Source: Halogeometricum borinquense DSM 11551
Lineage (GTDB): Archaea > Halobacteriota > Halobacteria > Halobacteriales > Haloferacaceae
Direction of reading: 5' to 3'
NCBI RefSeq assembly: GCF_000172995.2
Contig: NC_014729.1
Coordinates: 360,001 to 392,000, forward strand
Length of the DNA: 32,000 bases
Made by a program: the position numbers and the translations under genes. Below the pieces are notes generated by a model, which had not been told where the DNA came from, did no database searches, and saw only the letters and a list, made by a program, of their open reading frames with translations. How positions within the stretch are numbered: position 1 is the first letter of the stretch; the number at the start of each line of letters is the position of its first letter. Shown in pieces: positions 1 through 9,555 of this stretch.

Positions 1-135
1 GGCGAATCGGGTAACGACTCGGCCGTCCACGTGGATATGATCACGGACGTAAGCGAGGAGTCGCGGATGGACGTAGACGGGGAAGTCGTTCAGCGTAACG
101 GCGTCTTCCGATGGGAAGACGGGTTTGAGGGCTGA
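1..135 (+). CDS. 3' end of an upstream gene (partial); C-terminus resembles M29 / aminopeptidase-T-type metallopeptidases
   Basis: Frame 1 is open from the window edge to TGA at 133-135: [44 protein letters not shown]. Acidic composition. Family guess comes from the remembered C-terminal pattern S.H.D...DGe.v..nG.f and is unverified. Confidence 0.4.
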   Translation, partial: GESGNDSAVHVDMITDVSEESRMDVDGEVVQRNGVFRWEDGFEG

Positions 136-282
136 AGCCCGGGAAATACCCCGTTCTCGGCTCGCCGTTTTCGACCGGAAATTACAATGTGTCTATCCGC
201 TGGTGCTTGTTGTCTCTTGTCGTACTGAGAACCGGCCGAAACAGGCACTCGACGGTAAGAGAGGGCGGAAGCGCTTTCGACG

Positions 283-292
283 TACTTTTTAC
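283..292 (+). promoter_or_regulatory. TATA-like box (TACTTTTTAC) for rps6e
   Basis: AT-rich element centred about 27 nt upstream of the ATG at 315. This spacing is typical of leaderless haloarchaeal transcripts. A similar ACTTTTAC lies about 26 nt upstream of the ATG at 1215. Confidence 0.45.
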
Positions 293-314
293 CGGCTGTC
301 GTTACGTTCCACGC

Positions 315-719
315 ATGGCAGAATTCAAGGTTGTCGTCTCCGACCCCGACGCCGGTGACACGCACCAGTTCGAGGTTGATGGACAGGACGCGAACCGATT
401 CCTCGGCCGAGACATCGGCGACGAGGTAGACGGCGGTGCCGTCGGTCTCGACGGATTCACGCTCGAAATCACGGGCGGGTCCGACGAAGCGGGCCGTCCG
501 ATGCGCGAGAACGTCGCCGGTTCGAACCTCAAAGAACTCCTCCTTGAGGGCGGCGTCGGTTACAAGCCGTCCCGCGACGGCGAGCGCAAGCGCGTCACCG
601 TTCGCGGCCGTCAGGTCTCCGACGAGACGGCGCAGGTCAACGCCAAAGTCATCGATGGCGGCGACGTCGCCGCTGCACTCGGCGAGGACGACGAGGAAGA
701 CGAAGCGGACGAAGAGTAA
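315..719 (+). CDS. rps6e: 30S ribosomal protein S6e
   Basis: [40 protein letters not shown]...[24 protein letters not shown]...KRVTVRG plus an acidic tail, the classic archaeal S6e. The internal ATG at 315 is preferred over the GTG at 189 because the upstream extension is Cys/Arg-rich and non-haloarchaeal in character. Confidence 0.95.
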   Translation: MAEFKVVVSDPDAGDTHQFEVDGQDANRFLGRDIGDEVDGGAVGLDGFTLEITGGSDEAGRPMRENVAGSNLKELLLEGGVGYKPSRDGERKRVTVRGRQVSDETAQVNAKVIDGGDVAAALGEDDEEDEADEE

Positions 720-768
720 CTACTCACTCACCGTGTCGGAACGCGTCCCTAGCGACCACGACTCGGTG

Positions 769-1170
769 ATGTCGTACCGCGCGACCATCGCGCGTAGCGG
801 CGGCACTCGCCGCCCCTGTCTCCGTCTCCCGGACGAGGTCACGGCCGTCGAAGACGGCGATATCATTCGGCTGTCCCTCGGCGGCGAACTGTTCCACGCC
901 CGAGTGACGGCGGACAGTTCGAGCCGCCTCCTTCGCGGCGCGTACGACAACAAACGGCTCGCTCGGACACCGGGCGAGGGGACGAACCGCCTCGTCGAGT
1001 GGTGTGAAGCGACGAGCCGCGACCCCGGGTCGGCCGTCGAATTCGACGAACTCGATGCGGGCTTCTGTTACGGACTCCGCGAGCCCGGCAAGCGGACGGT
1101 GTACTCCGTCCCCTCGCGGCCAAACGAGTCGTTGGCGAACATCGCCGAGAAGTTCACGCGCGACGAATAG
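769..1170 (+). CDS. conserved hypothetical protein (133 aa)
   Basis: ATG at 769 lies in frame within ORF 436..1170. The upstream part of that ORF overlaps rps6e and is Ser/Arg-rich. The downstream part (MSYRATIARSGG...LANIAEKFTRDE) has normal acidic composition. No family recognised. Confidence 0.6.
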   Translation: MSYRATIARSGGTRRPCLRLPDEVTAVEDGDIIRLSLGGELFHARVTADSSSRLLRGAYDNKRLARTPGEGTNRLVEWCEATSRDPGSAVEFDELDAGFCYGLREPGKRTVYSVPSRPNESLANIAEKFTRDE

Positions 1171-1214
1171 GCTGAGTTCACGCGACTTTTACGCTTCCGC
1201 GGGTATCTCGTCGT

Positions 1215-1694
1215 ATGAGCAAACTCGACGAGTTCCTCGCGGGCGAACGCCACGACGACGTCGCGCTGTTTCTCACACACGAGTATCTCGACAGTCAGGG
1301 GAAACTGCCCAATTTGGGCGAAGAAGTCGAGAACGGGTACGTGCTCGTCGTCCCCGGCGACGACGGCCGCCGCGCGTTCGCCGCCGGAACCGGGATGGAC
1401 GCGATGGAGTTCTCTCGCACCGCGATGGCCGAGAAAGGCCACATCGACCGTGAACTCGGCGGCGGCGAATGCCCCGACCACGACTCCGATGAGAACCATC
1501 AAGCCGAGTTCATCTTCTCGTTCTCCGAGGAGCAAAACGAGGAGGTCGGCGGTCTCTACGCTCGCGGCGACGTGGTCCACGCCTACGCACACTGCGCGTG
1601 CGGGGCGAACTATTCCGATAAGTGGGTTATCGGCGAGGAGACCGAAACGGGCGTCCAACCCGGCGAGTCCGAACCCGCAGAGGCGGACGAATAG
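1215..1694 (+). CDS. conserved haloarchaeal hypothetical protein (159 aa, acidic, C-terminal H/C cluster HAYAHCACG)
   Basis: Clean ORF with an ATG start, a TATA-like ACTTTTAC about 26 nt upstream, and acidic composition. No domain recognised with certainty. Confidence 0.7.
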   Translation: MSKLDEFLAGERHDDVALFLTHEYLDSQGKLPNLGEEVENGYVLVVPGDDGRRAFAAGTGMDAMEFSRTAMAEKGHIDRELGGGECPDHDSDENHQAEFIFSFSEEQNEEVGGLYARGDVVHAYAHCACGANYSDKWVIGEETETGVQPGESEPAEADE

Positions 1695-1733
1695 GGCGTT
1701 CGAGCGTGATCCCCGCCTCGACTGTAGCGTGGG

Positions 1734-1871
1734 TTAGACGCCGATTCTCGTCACGCCGAGTATCGCGCCACACTGGTTACATTCCCACACTCTGGCGTCA
1801 CTGAACTTCGCCGAGGTGTCGCTTTCGATGACTTCGATGAGTTCCGCTCCGCAGTCAGTACAATGTCCCAT
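1734..1871 (-). CDS. zinc-ribbon micro-protein (45 aa, CxxC...CxxC)
   Basis: Not in the supplied ORF track because it is under 60 aa. My translation of the minus strand gives MGHCTDCGAELIEVIESDTSAKFSDARVWECNQCGAILGVTRIGV*. It has two CxxC knuckles about 22 aa apart and a TATA-like TAATTATTTT about 29 nt upstream of the ATG. Confidence 0.6.
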   Translation of the reverse strand: MGHCTDCGAELIEVIESDTSAKFSDARVWECNQCGAILGVTRIGV

Positions 1872-1895
1872 GTTGGTTTTCCAACACGAAGGGGC

Positions 1896-1905
1896 AAAAT
1901 AATTA
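1896..1905 (-). promoter_or_regulatory. TATA-like box (TAATTATTTT on minus strand) for the zinc-ribbon micro-protein
   Basis: The only AT-rich element in the 100-nt gap between the DHH gene stop (1972) and the micro-ORF ATG (1871). The spacing is consistent with a leaderless mRNA. Confidence 0.4.
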
Positions 1906-1971
1906 GGGACTCGTGGATTGGTCTCTTTGCAGGACCGAACCGGTTGGCTGTTCTCAGTTCAGCGACGGCCG

Positions 1972-3231
1972 TTACGACTCCGTCTTGTCGGCCTCGTCGT
2001 CCGCATCTGCCGTCTCAGCTCCTTCCTCGTCTTCGCTTTCCTCAGCCACTTGCTCGGCCACTCGTTCGAACGCGGCGAGGATGACGCGTTTTGCCGCCGC
2101 ACCGTTCGTCGTCCAGTGGTGGGCGTAGTCCAGCATGTCGTCGTAGATGTCCGGCTTACAGCCGGCGGCCTTCGGGTGGCCGCCGCCGTTGACCTGCCCG
2201 GCCACCTCGTGGGCGCGTTCGAATCCATCGGACCCGCGGATACTGGCGCTTCCAGCGGGTTTGACGACGACAGCGGCGTCTGCGCCGCGTTCGCGCAGTC
2301 CTTCTGCGACCTCGTTCTGGGAACACCGACCGTAGGTGACGCCGACAGTCCACGGACCGACCTGCTTTATCTCCGCGCGGTCGAGTGCGGCGTCGATGAG
2401 TTGCTGTTTCTCGACGCGACGGAGTTCGATGAACTGTTCGACGATCTCAGGGAGATCGACGCCGTACGCGCCGACGACCGCGACGTACTCCTCGGGACTG
2501 ACCCAGTAGGCGTAGTCGGCTAAGTCGTCGCTTCGCTCGTCTTCTTTCAGCCACAGATCGTGATCGCGGGTGACGGCGGCGAGTTCGGTCCACCGGTCGT
2601 CGAAGTCGTAATCAAGCGAGCGCAGAGTCACGCCCGTCGAACACTCCTCGTCGGACTCACCGACGACGAGTTCGACGCCCGCATCACGGACGGCGACCAT
2701 CGTCTCGTCGTCCCACTGGTGGTGGTCGTACCACGAGACGGAGTCGGCGCGGTCGAGAAGCGCGGCCAGTTCGTCTTCGACCCACTCGTACTGGTCAGGA
2801 CAGAGGTCACAGACGTAGGCGTCGATATCTTCGGGGGCGTACTCGGCAACCCGTTCGAGCGCGTCGTCCAGCGAGTACGGCCCTGCACCGACGAGTGCGA
2901 CAGTCGAGCGCGGCAGTTCCTCGTCTTCGTCCTCGTCCTCGTCGTCTATCGGTCCATCCGCCTCCCAGCGTTCGACTCGGCGAGCCACGTCGTCTTCGAA
3001 CGCCGCTACGTCAAGTGTCGCGTCGTACATCTCTCGAATGAGGGCGACACAGCCGAGTCCGTCGGCGTCCGTGTCGGCGATGACGACGGCTTCGGCGTCT
3101 TCGACGGCCTCTTTCACTCGTTCTTCGGCGCGTTCTTCATCCAGCGAATCGGGATAGAAAAAGCCCGTTCCGGGCAACTGCGACTTCCGCGAGAGCGACA
3201 GCCGAGAACTGTCGATAAGTTCCTCTTCCAT
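1972..3231 (-). CDS. DHH/DHHA1 family phosphoesterase (RecJ-like)
   Basis: Motifs VIADTDADGLG (DxD), YDHHQW (DHH) and GGGHPKAAGC (DHHA1), followed by an acidic tail. The start is uncertain: ATG at 3231 (MEEELIDSS) or the upstream in-frame start at 3285. Confidence 0.85.
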   Translation of the reverse strand: MEEELIDSSRLSLSRKSQLPGTGFFYPDSLDEERAEERVKEAVEDAEAVVIADTDADGLGCVALIREMYDATLDVAAFEDDVARRVERWEADGPIDDEDEDEDEELPRSTVALVGAGPYSLDDALERVAEYAPEDIDAYVCDLCPDQYEWVEDELAALLDRADSVSWYDHHQWDDETMVAVRDAGVELVVGESDEECSTGVTLRSLDYDFDDRWTELAAVTRDHDLWLKEDERSDDLADYAYWVSPEEYVAVVGAYGVDLPEIVEQFIELRRVEKQQLIDAALDRAEIKQVGPWTVGVTYGRCSQNEVAEGLRERGADAAVVVKPAGSASIRGSDGFERAHEVAGQVNGGGHPKAAGCKPDIYDDMLDYAHHWTTNGAAAKRVILAAFERVAEQVAEESEDEEGAETADADDEADKTES

Positions 3232-3307
3232 ACCTGTTCGAGGAGTGCGGGGGTGAAAATCTCCGTGGTCCGGCGTGCGCCCCACAGTCGGCGTTTCGAC
3301 GGGTGGC

Positions 3308-3772
3308 TCAGGCTGATTCGGGGGTTCCTTCCAGTCCGTCCGTCTCGTCTTCGGCTAACTGACGAACCGTGAGAACTGGAACCGGACAGGTGCGGACGAC
3401 GCGTTCGGCAACCGATCCGATGAGGAATCGGTTCTCGCCGTGTCGGCCGCGCGTCCCCATCGCCACCATGTCCGCGTCCACCTCGCGGGCGTAATCGCCG
3501 ACGACGGTGGCGGGCCGTCCTTCGCGGACGGCCGTCGTCACCGACCGGTCCGTTGCCTCCTCCACTTCCGAGAGGGCGCGCTGTCCGCGTTCCGTCAACG
3601 CCTCGCGCATTTCATCACGGAGTCGTTCGGGCGAGGAGTCAACCTCGCTGGCATCGACAACGTACAGCGCGTGGACCGACGCACCGAATCGGTCTGCGAG
3701 GTCCAAGGCGACATCGACGGCCCGGCGGACGCTCTCGGAACCGTCCGTGGCAACGACGATTGTGTCGAACAT
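3308..3772 (-). CDS. universal stress protein (UspA family)
   Basis: MFDTIVVATDGSESVRRAVDVALDLA...MVAMGTRGRHGENRFLIGSVAERVVRTCPVPVLTV is the canonical USP pattern including G-x2-G-x9-G-S. ATG at 3772 is preferred over the upstream start at 3859. Confidence 0.9.
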   Translation of the reverse strand: MFDTIVVATDGSESVRRAVDVALDLADRFGASVHALYVVDASEVDSSPERLRDEMREALTERGQRALSEVEEATDRSVTTAVREGRPATVVGDYAREVDADMVAMGTRGRHGENRFLIGSVAERVVRTCPVPVLTVRQLAEDETDGLEGTPESA

Positions 3773-3867
3773 GGGCGGCGGTTCACCCGCAGGTGGCATA
3801 AAACCAGCCGAGGAATTGCGGTCGTGCGGGGTGGGTCTTTTTGACGGCGGCCGTCGCATGCCCCGGT

Positions 3868-4326
3868 ATGAGCGACCGACGCCCGTTGGACGTGAATCTC
3901 GTCCTCGTCCCCGTAGACCGGAGCGAGGAGTCCGCGAACGCCGTCGAACACGCCGCCGCCATCGCCGCGGAGTACGACGCCGCGGTCCACGCCGTCCACG
4001 TCCTCGGCGGGGACGTGGTCCGCGCCATCGAGACCGGTGCTGTGGACGACGAAGACGTGGTGGCCGACAGCACGGCGATTCAGGAGACGGCGGGGGAAAT
4101 CGCGGCTCGTTACGATGTCGAACTCGCTACGTCCGTCGCCTACGGTTTCTCCACGAAAATGAAGCTCAGACATCCCGGAAGCGTCGTCCTCGACACGGCA
4201 GAAGAGTTGGGGGCGGACTTCGTTGTCGTCCCGCGCGAACCTGTCTCGGGCGACCCCGGCGAGGTGCTTGCCAAGGCCGCCGAGTACGTCCTCCTCTACG
4301 CCAGCCAACCCGTCCTTTCGGTGTAG
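3868..4326 (+). CDS. universal stress protein (UspA family)
   Basis: LVLVPVDRSEESANAVEHAAAIAAEYDAAVHAVHV...ADFVVVPRE...VLAKAAEYVLLYASQPVLSV. Divergent from the preceding USP gene. ATG at 3868. Confidence 0.85.
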   Translation: MSDRRPLDVNLVLVPVDRSEESANAVEHAAAIAAEYDAAVHAVHVLGGDVVRAIETGAVDDEDVVADSTAIQETAGEIAARYDVELATSVAYGFSTKMKLRHPGSVVLDTAEELGADFVVVPREPVSGDPGEVLAKAAEYVLLYASQPVLSV

Positions 4327-4363
4327 GTGCGTGTTGGTGGTGGGATTTTCGACTGCGTCCGAG

Positions 4364-4909
4364 TCAGTCCGCTGACTCAGTGAGTCGAAGCGTCATCTCC
4401 ATCTCGAAGCTCTCAGAGTTGCTCGTCTCGAACCCGATTTTCTTGTAGAGACCGACCGCGGGGCGGTTCCAGCGTTCGACCGTGAGCCACACTTTCTTGA
4501 CGCTGTTCTCCGCACCGTGGCCCAGCAACGACTTGATGAGGAGTGTCCCGATGCCTGCCTCCTGATACTCTTGGAGGACGAAGATAGCGAGTTCGTAGGC
4601 GTCGTCGTCGGGGACGAGCGTCGCGTGTCCGGCGGCGTCGTCGCCGTCCCACGCGATGACGTTCAGACACTCCTCGGCGAGGATGTTGTCTAACCAGTCG
4701 CGGATGCGCCGCTCCTGTCCCGGTGGAATCCCCTGCGCCCTGTCGGCGGGGTCGAACGCGTCGTACATGGAGACGAGCGACTCGAACTCCTCGTCGCTTC
4801 CGTCGTACGGCCGAACCTCGATGTCGCGGCCTTCGCGGTCCTCGAACGTGACCGGTGGTGATTCGAACGGCCCAGCAACTGCATCCGGATAGCGGCGTTC
4901 TGTACTCAT
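4364..4909 (-). CDS. GNAT family N-acetyltransferase
   Basis: Acetyl-CoA binding pattern VLQEYQEAGIGTLLIKSLLGHG...VWLTVERWNRPAVGLYKKIGFE. The start codon overlaps the stop of the upstream USP gene (ATGA on the minus strand at 4906-4909). Confidence 0.9.
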   Translation of the reverse strand: MSTERRYPDAVAGPFESPPVTFEDREGRDIEVRPYDGSDEEFESLVSMYDAFDPADRAQGIPPGQERRIRDWLDNILAEECLNVIAWDGDDAAGHATLVPDDDAYELAIFVLQEYQEAGIGTLLIKSLLGHGAENSVKKVWLTVERWNRPAVGLYKKIGFETSNSESFEMEMTLRLTESAD

Positions 4910-5274
4910 CGGACCAGAGACACCGTGACGTGCGAGTTCAGCAGGACGAACTCAGCGATGCTCCCGATGTTTATCTTCCCCATCGGACTCGTCTCGCCGC
5001 CGCCGAGGACGATTTCGTCGAAATTCTCAGACTCGGCGGTATCGACTAACTGACTGCCGGGGTCGCCTTCGAGATGCCGAACTTCGGCCTCGACGCCCTC
5101 CTCGTCGAGAATCTCGCGGACGATTTCGGTTATCTCCTCGCGCGACCGATCCGATGCAGGGTTTTCAACGACCGCGACAGTCAAATCGTCGCCTGCGGCG
5201 GCCGCTCGCGCGACGGTTTGCTTGACCGCGCGTATCGAGTCGTCGCTCCCGCCAACTCCCAAGAGCACTTTCAT
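4906..5274 (-). CDS. universal stress protein (short, 122 aa)
   Basis: MKVLLGVGGSDDSIRAVKQTVARAAAAGDDLTVAVV...FDEIVLGGGETSPMGKINIGSIAEFVLLNSHVTVSLV. Translationally coupled to the GNAT gene. Confidence 0.85.
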   Translation of the reverse strand: MKVLLGVGGSDDSIRAVKQTVARAAAAGDDLTVAVVENPASDRSREEITEIVREILDEEGVEAEVRHLEGDPGSQLVDTAESENFDEIVLGGGETSPMGKINIGSIAEFVLLNSHVTVSLVR

Positions 5275-5400
5275 GGGACGTGGTGTCGCGGCCGCGGTAA
5301 AAAACAGTTGCCCGTTTCGCCCGTTTTTTCAGTTGTTTTCCTCGCGCTTGGCGGACCGCCCGACGGAATCCTTTTCCGCCGCGGGGGGAAACCCCGCCGT

Positions 5401-6234
5401 ATGACCGACGACGACCGGACGACGCCGGACCGAAACGGACGGTCCGACGCCGACCCGGATGCGACAACCGGATCGACCGAGGACGCCGCGGAGACGCCCC
5501 AAGACGGCGAACGCCCCGGGGCGATTGACCGCGACGAACCGCGGCCGACTGACGGCGATGCGTCGGCGGACGCCGAAGACATCGAATCGGTCGACGCAAC
5601 GGACAGCGAAGGGGACGACGGAGCGGGTGCGACGGACGCGGAATCAACAGACGCGGAATCGACAAACGAGAAATCGACAGACGCAGACGGGACGAACGGC
5701 GAATCGACGGACGAGGAGCCGGAGATTCCGCGTGACGTGCAGAAGTACGCGCGCTTCAAGAAGATGGACGGCGCGCAGTACGACCGAGTCAACGAGTTCC
5801 TCCGCGACCGCACGTACGTCACCGCCCGCGAGTGGGCCATCGCGCGACTCTGTGCGGACTTCCGAACTGAGACGGGTGTCGAGATGACGAAAATCGGGGA
5901 GAATCTACCCGAACTCGTCCCGTTCATGACCGACACGTACACGCCGCAGGCGGTCAATCAGGCCCGGTCATCGTTCGAAGGGAAAGTTCGGAAGGCAGGC
6001 GCGACGTTCCTGTACGGTGCGATGTCGGGATTCTTCACGGCCGAGGAACTCGACGAGTTGATGTACGAAGTGAGCGAAGTGGCGAAGTTCCTTCTCGAAG
6101 TCGAAGGCGTGGACCTCTCGGTCGAAGAGGAACTTGAAGCCGAAGAACGCATCTCCAGTGTGATGCGGGAAGTGCGTGATGCGAGTGAGGATCTGCGCCG
6201 CGAAGAACTGGCCGATGAGGCCAGCGACGACTGA
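5401..6234 (+). CDS. conserved haloarchaeal protein with a disordered acidic N-terminus and pentapeptide repeats (277 aa)
   Basis: ATG at 5401 (MTDDDRTTPDRNG...). The upstream part of ORF 5074..6234 overlaps the USP gene on the other strand. The C-terminal half (KYARFKKMDGAQYDRVNEFLRDRTYVTAREWAIARLCADF...) looks like a folded conserved domain. No confident family name. Confidence 0.7.
   Translation: MTDDDRTTPDRNGRSDADPDATTGSTEDAAETPQDGERPGAIDRDEPRPTDGDASADAEDIESVDATDSEGDDGAGATDAESTDAESTNEKSTDADGTNGESTDEEPEIPRDVQKYARFKKMDGAQYDRVNEFLRDRTYVTAREWAIARLCADFRTETGVEMTKIGENLPELVPFMTDTYTPQAVNQARSSFEGKVRKAGATFLYGAMSGFFTAEELDELMYEVSEVAKFLLEVEGVDLSVEEELEAEERISSVMREVRDASEDLRREELADEASDD
5638..5712 (+). repeat. 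five tandem 15-nt units encoding (A/E/G)(E/K/D)(S/G)T(D/N) pentapeptides
   Basis: gcggaatcaacagac / gcggaatcgacaaac / gagaaatcgacagac / gcagacgggacgaac / ggcgaatcgacggac, encoding AESTD AESTN EKSTD ADGTN GESTD. Confidence 0.8.
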
Positions 6235-6239
6235 TTCCG

Positions 6240-6265
6240 TTCTTTTTCTGTTCGTTCTTTTTCTC
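6240..6265 (+). terminator. oligo-T terminator candidate for the 5401..6234 gene
   Basis: Two T5 runs (6243-6247 and 6258-6262) sit within a duplicated gttctttttct motif immediately after the stop at 6232-6234. Archaeal termination typically uses oligo-T tracts. Confidence 0.5.
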
Positions 6266-6298
6266 TCCCTGCAATTACGCTTCGCCGGTGACGTCGCC

Positions 6299-6400
6299 GT
6301 CAGCGTCTGTGTCCTTGTCGGCGGTTTCGGCTGTCAGCGTCCGTCTCACCGTCGGCGGTTTCAGCTGTCAGCGTCCGACGTATCGTCGGCAGTGTCACTA
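6299..6400. repeat. about three tandem copies of a 34-nt unit straddling the stop codon of the 6361..6909 gene
   Basis: Copies at 6299-6332, 6333-6366 and 6367-6400. By hand alignment, A vs B match at 28/34 positions and B vs C at about 25/34. The shared cores are gtcagcgtc and gtcggcggtttc. Confidence 0.75.
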
Positions 6401-6909
6401 TTACCGTCAGCATCGGGCACCAGTGCTTCGGGGTCCTCTTGGACGAAGACGACGCGCCGGTCGTCCGACAGAGGCCGGATGTATAGGCGCATCTCTCCGC
6501 GCTCCTCGATCTGTTCGAGCATCGGCTGACCTTCCGTCATCGTGTAGTACACCGGGACAGCGACGGCTTCGCCCGCCGACTCGGCCTGCATGACGACGAC
6601 GGCGAACATCACGTCGCCCCGTTCGGCACGGTAGGCATCGTAGGAGTCGAACGTTGCGTCTTCGACCAACGCTTCGACCGTCTCGAACTCGTCGCCGGGG
6701 ACGAGAACGTCGAGGCCAGCGCGGTCTGTTTCCACGGTATCGAGGGTTGCAGGGACAGGTGTCACGTCGCCGGGATGGAGTTCCGTGACATTCCATCCTG
6801 CCTCGCGGTACTCCGCCGCGGTGGCCTCCATATCCTCGATGACGTGGTCCCAAAACTCCATCACGCCGGACAACGGGTGCGCCTCGCGTTCTCGTTCCGG
6901 GTCGTCCAT
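6361..6909 (-). CDS. conserved haloarchaeal hypothetical protein (182 aa, acidic)
   Basis: ATG at 6907-6909 (MDDPEREREAHPLSGVMEFWDHVIEDMEATAAEYREAGW...) with an acidic C-terminal tail DADGNSDTADDTSDADS. No family recognised. Confidence 0.7.
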   Translation of the reverse strand: MDDPEREREAHPLSGVMEFWDHVIEDMEATAAEYREAGWNVTELHPGDVTPVPATLDTVETDRAGLDVLVPGDEFETVEALVEDATFDSYDAYRAERGDVMFAVVVMQAESAGEAVAVPVYYTMTEGQPMLEQIEERGEMRLYIRPLSDDRRVVFVQEDPEALVPDADGNSDTADDTSDADS

Positions 6910-6947
6910 GCCCCGAGTTCGGCTCTCGAACGAAGAAAAGCGTTCCC

Positions 6948-6965
6948 TTCTACTTCACAGTAGAA
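6948..6965. promoter_or_regulatory. perfect 7-4-7 inverted repeat TTCTACT-tcac-AGTAGAA upstream of the ABC operon
   Basis: Seen directly in the 97-nt divergent intergenic region, about 45 nt upstream of the ATPase start. An AT-rich stretch aaaaactattt follows it. Confidence 0.35.
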
Positions 6966-7006
6966 AGTGAAAAACTATTTGCGGTCAAGGGGGCCATCGT
7001 GTGACA

Positions 7007-9460
<2,454 letters not shown>

Positions 9461-9555
9461 GGAACCACACGAGATTCGCCGTCTAGAGCCGTCTTTTGCC
9501 GGTTCTTCACGTCACTATTGCCGGTAGAATCGATACTTTTACGTAACAACTGGGT

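Noticed and set aside
187-228. 13-aa Cys-rich micro-ORF ([13 protein letters not shown]) in the rps6e upstream region
   Set aside because: It has no promoter or SD context and is very short. It overlaps the spurious GTG-extended frame of rps6e, and nothing distinguishes it from chance.
5275-5400. A/T hairpin (aaaaaac...gtttttt) and the duplicated gcccgttt in the USP / acidic-protein divergent intergenic region
   Set aside because: The stem is short and AT-only. It is most simply explained as overlapping TATA/BRE elements of the two divergent promoters, with nothing specific to test.
6299-6400. Possible mini-CRISPR array
   Set aside because: The 34-nt units are directly contiguous with no spacers. 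There are only about three copies of decaying identity, they overlap a coding 3' end, and no cas genes are present.
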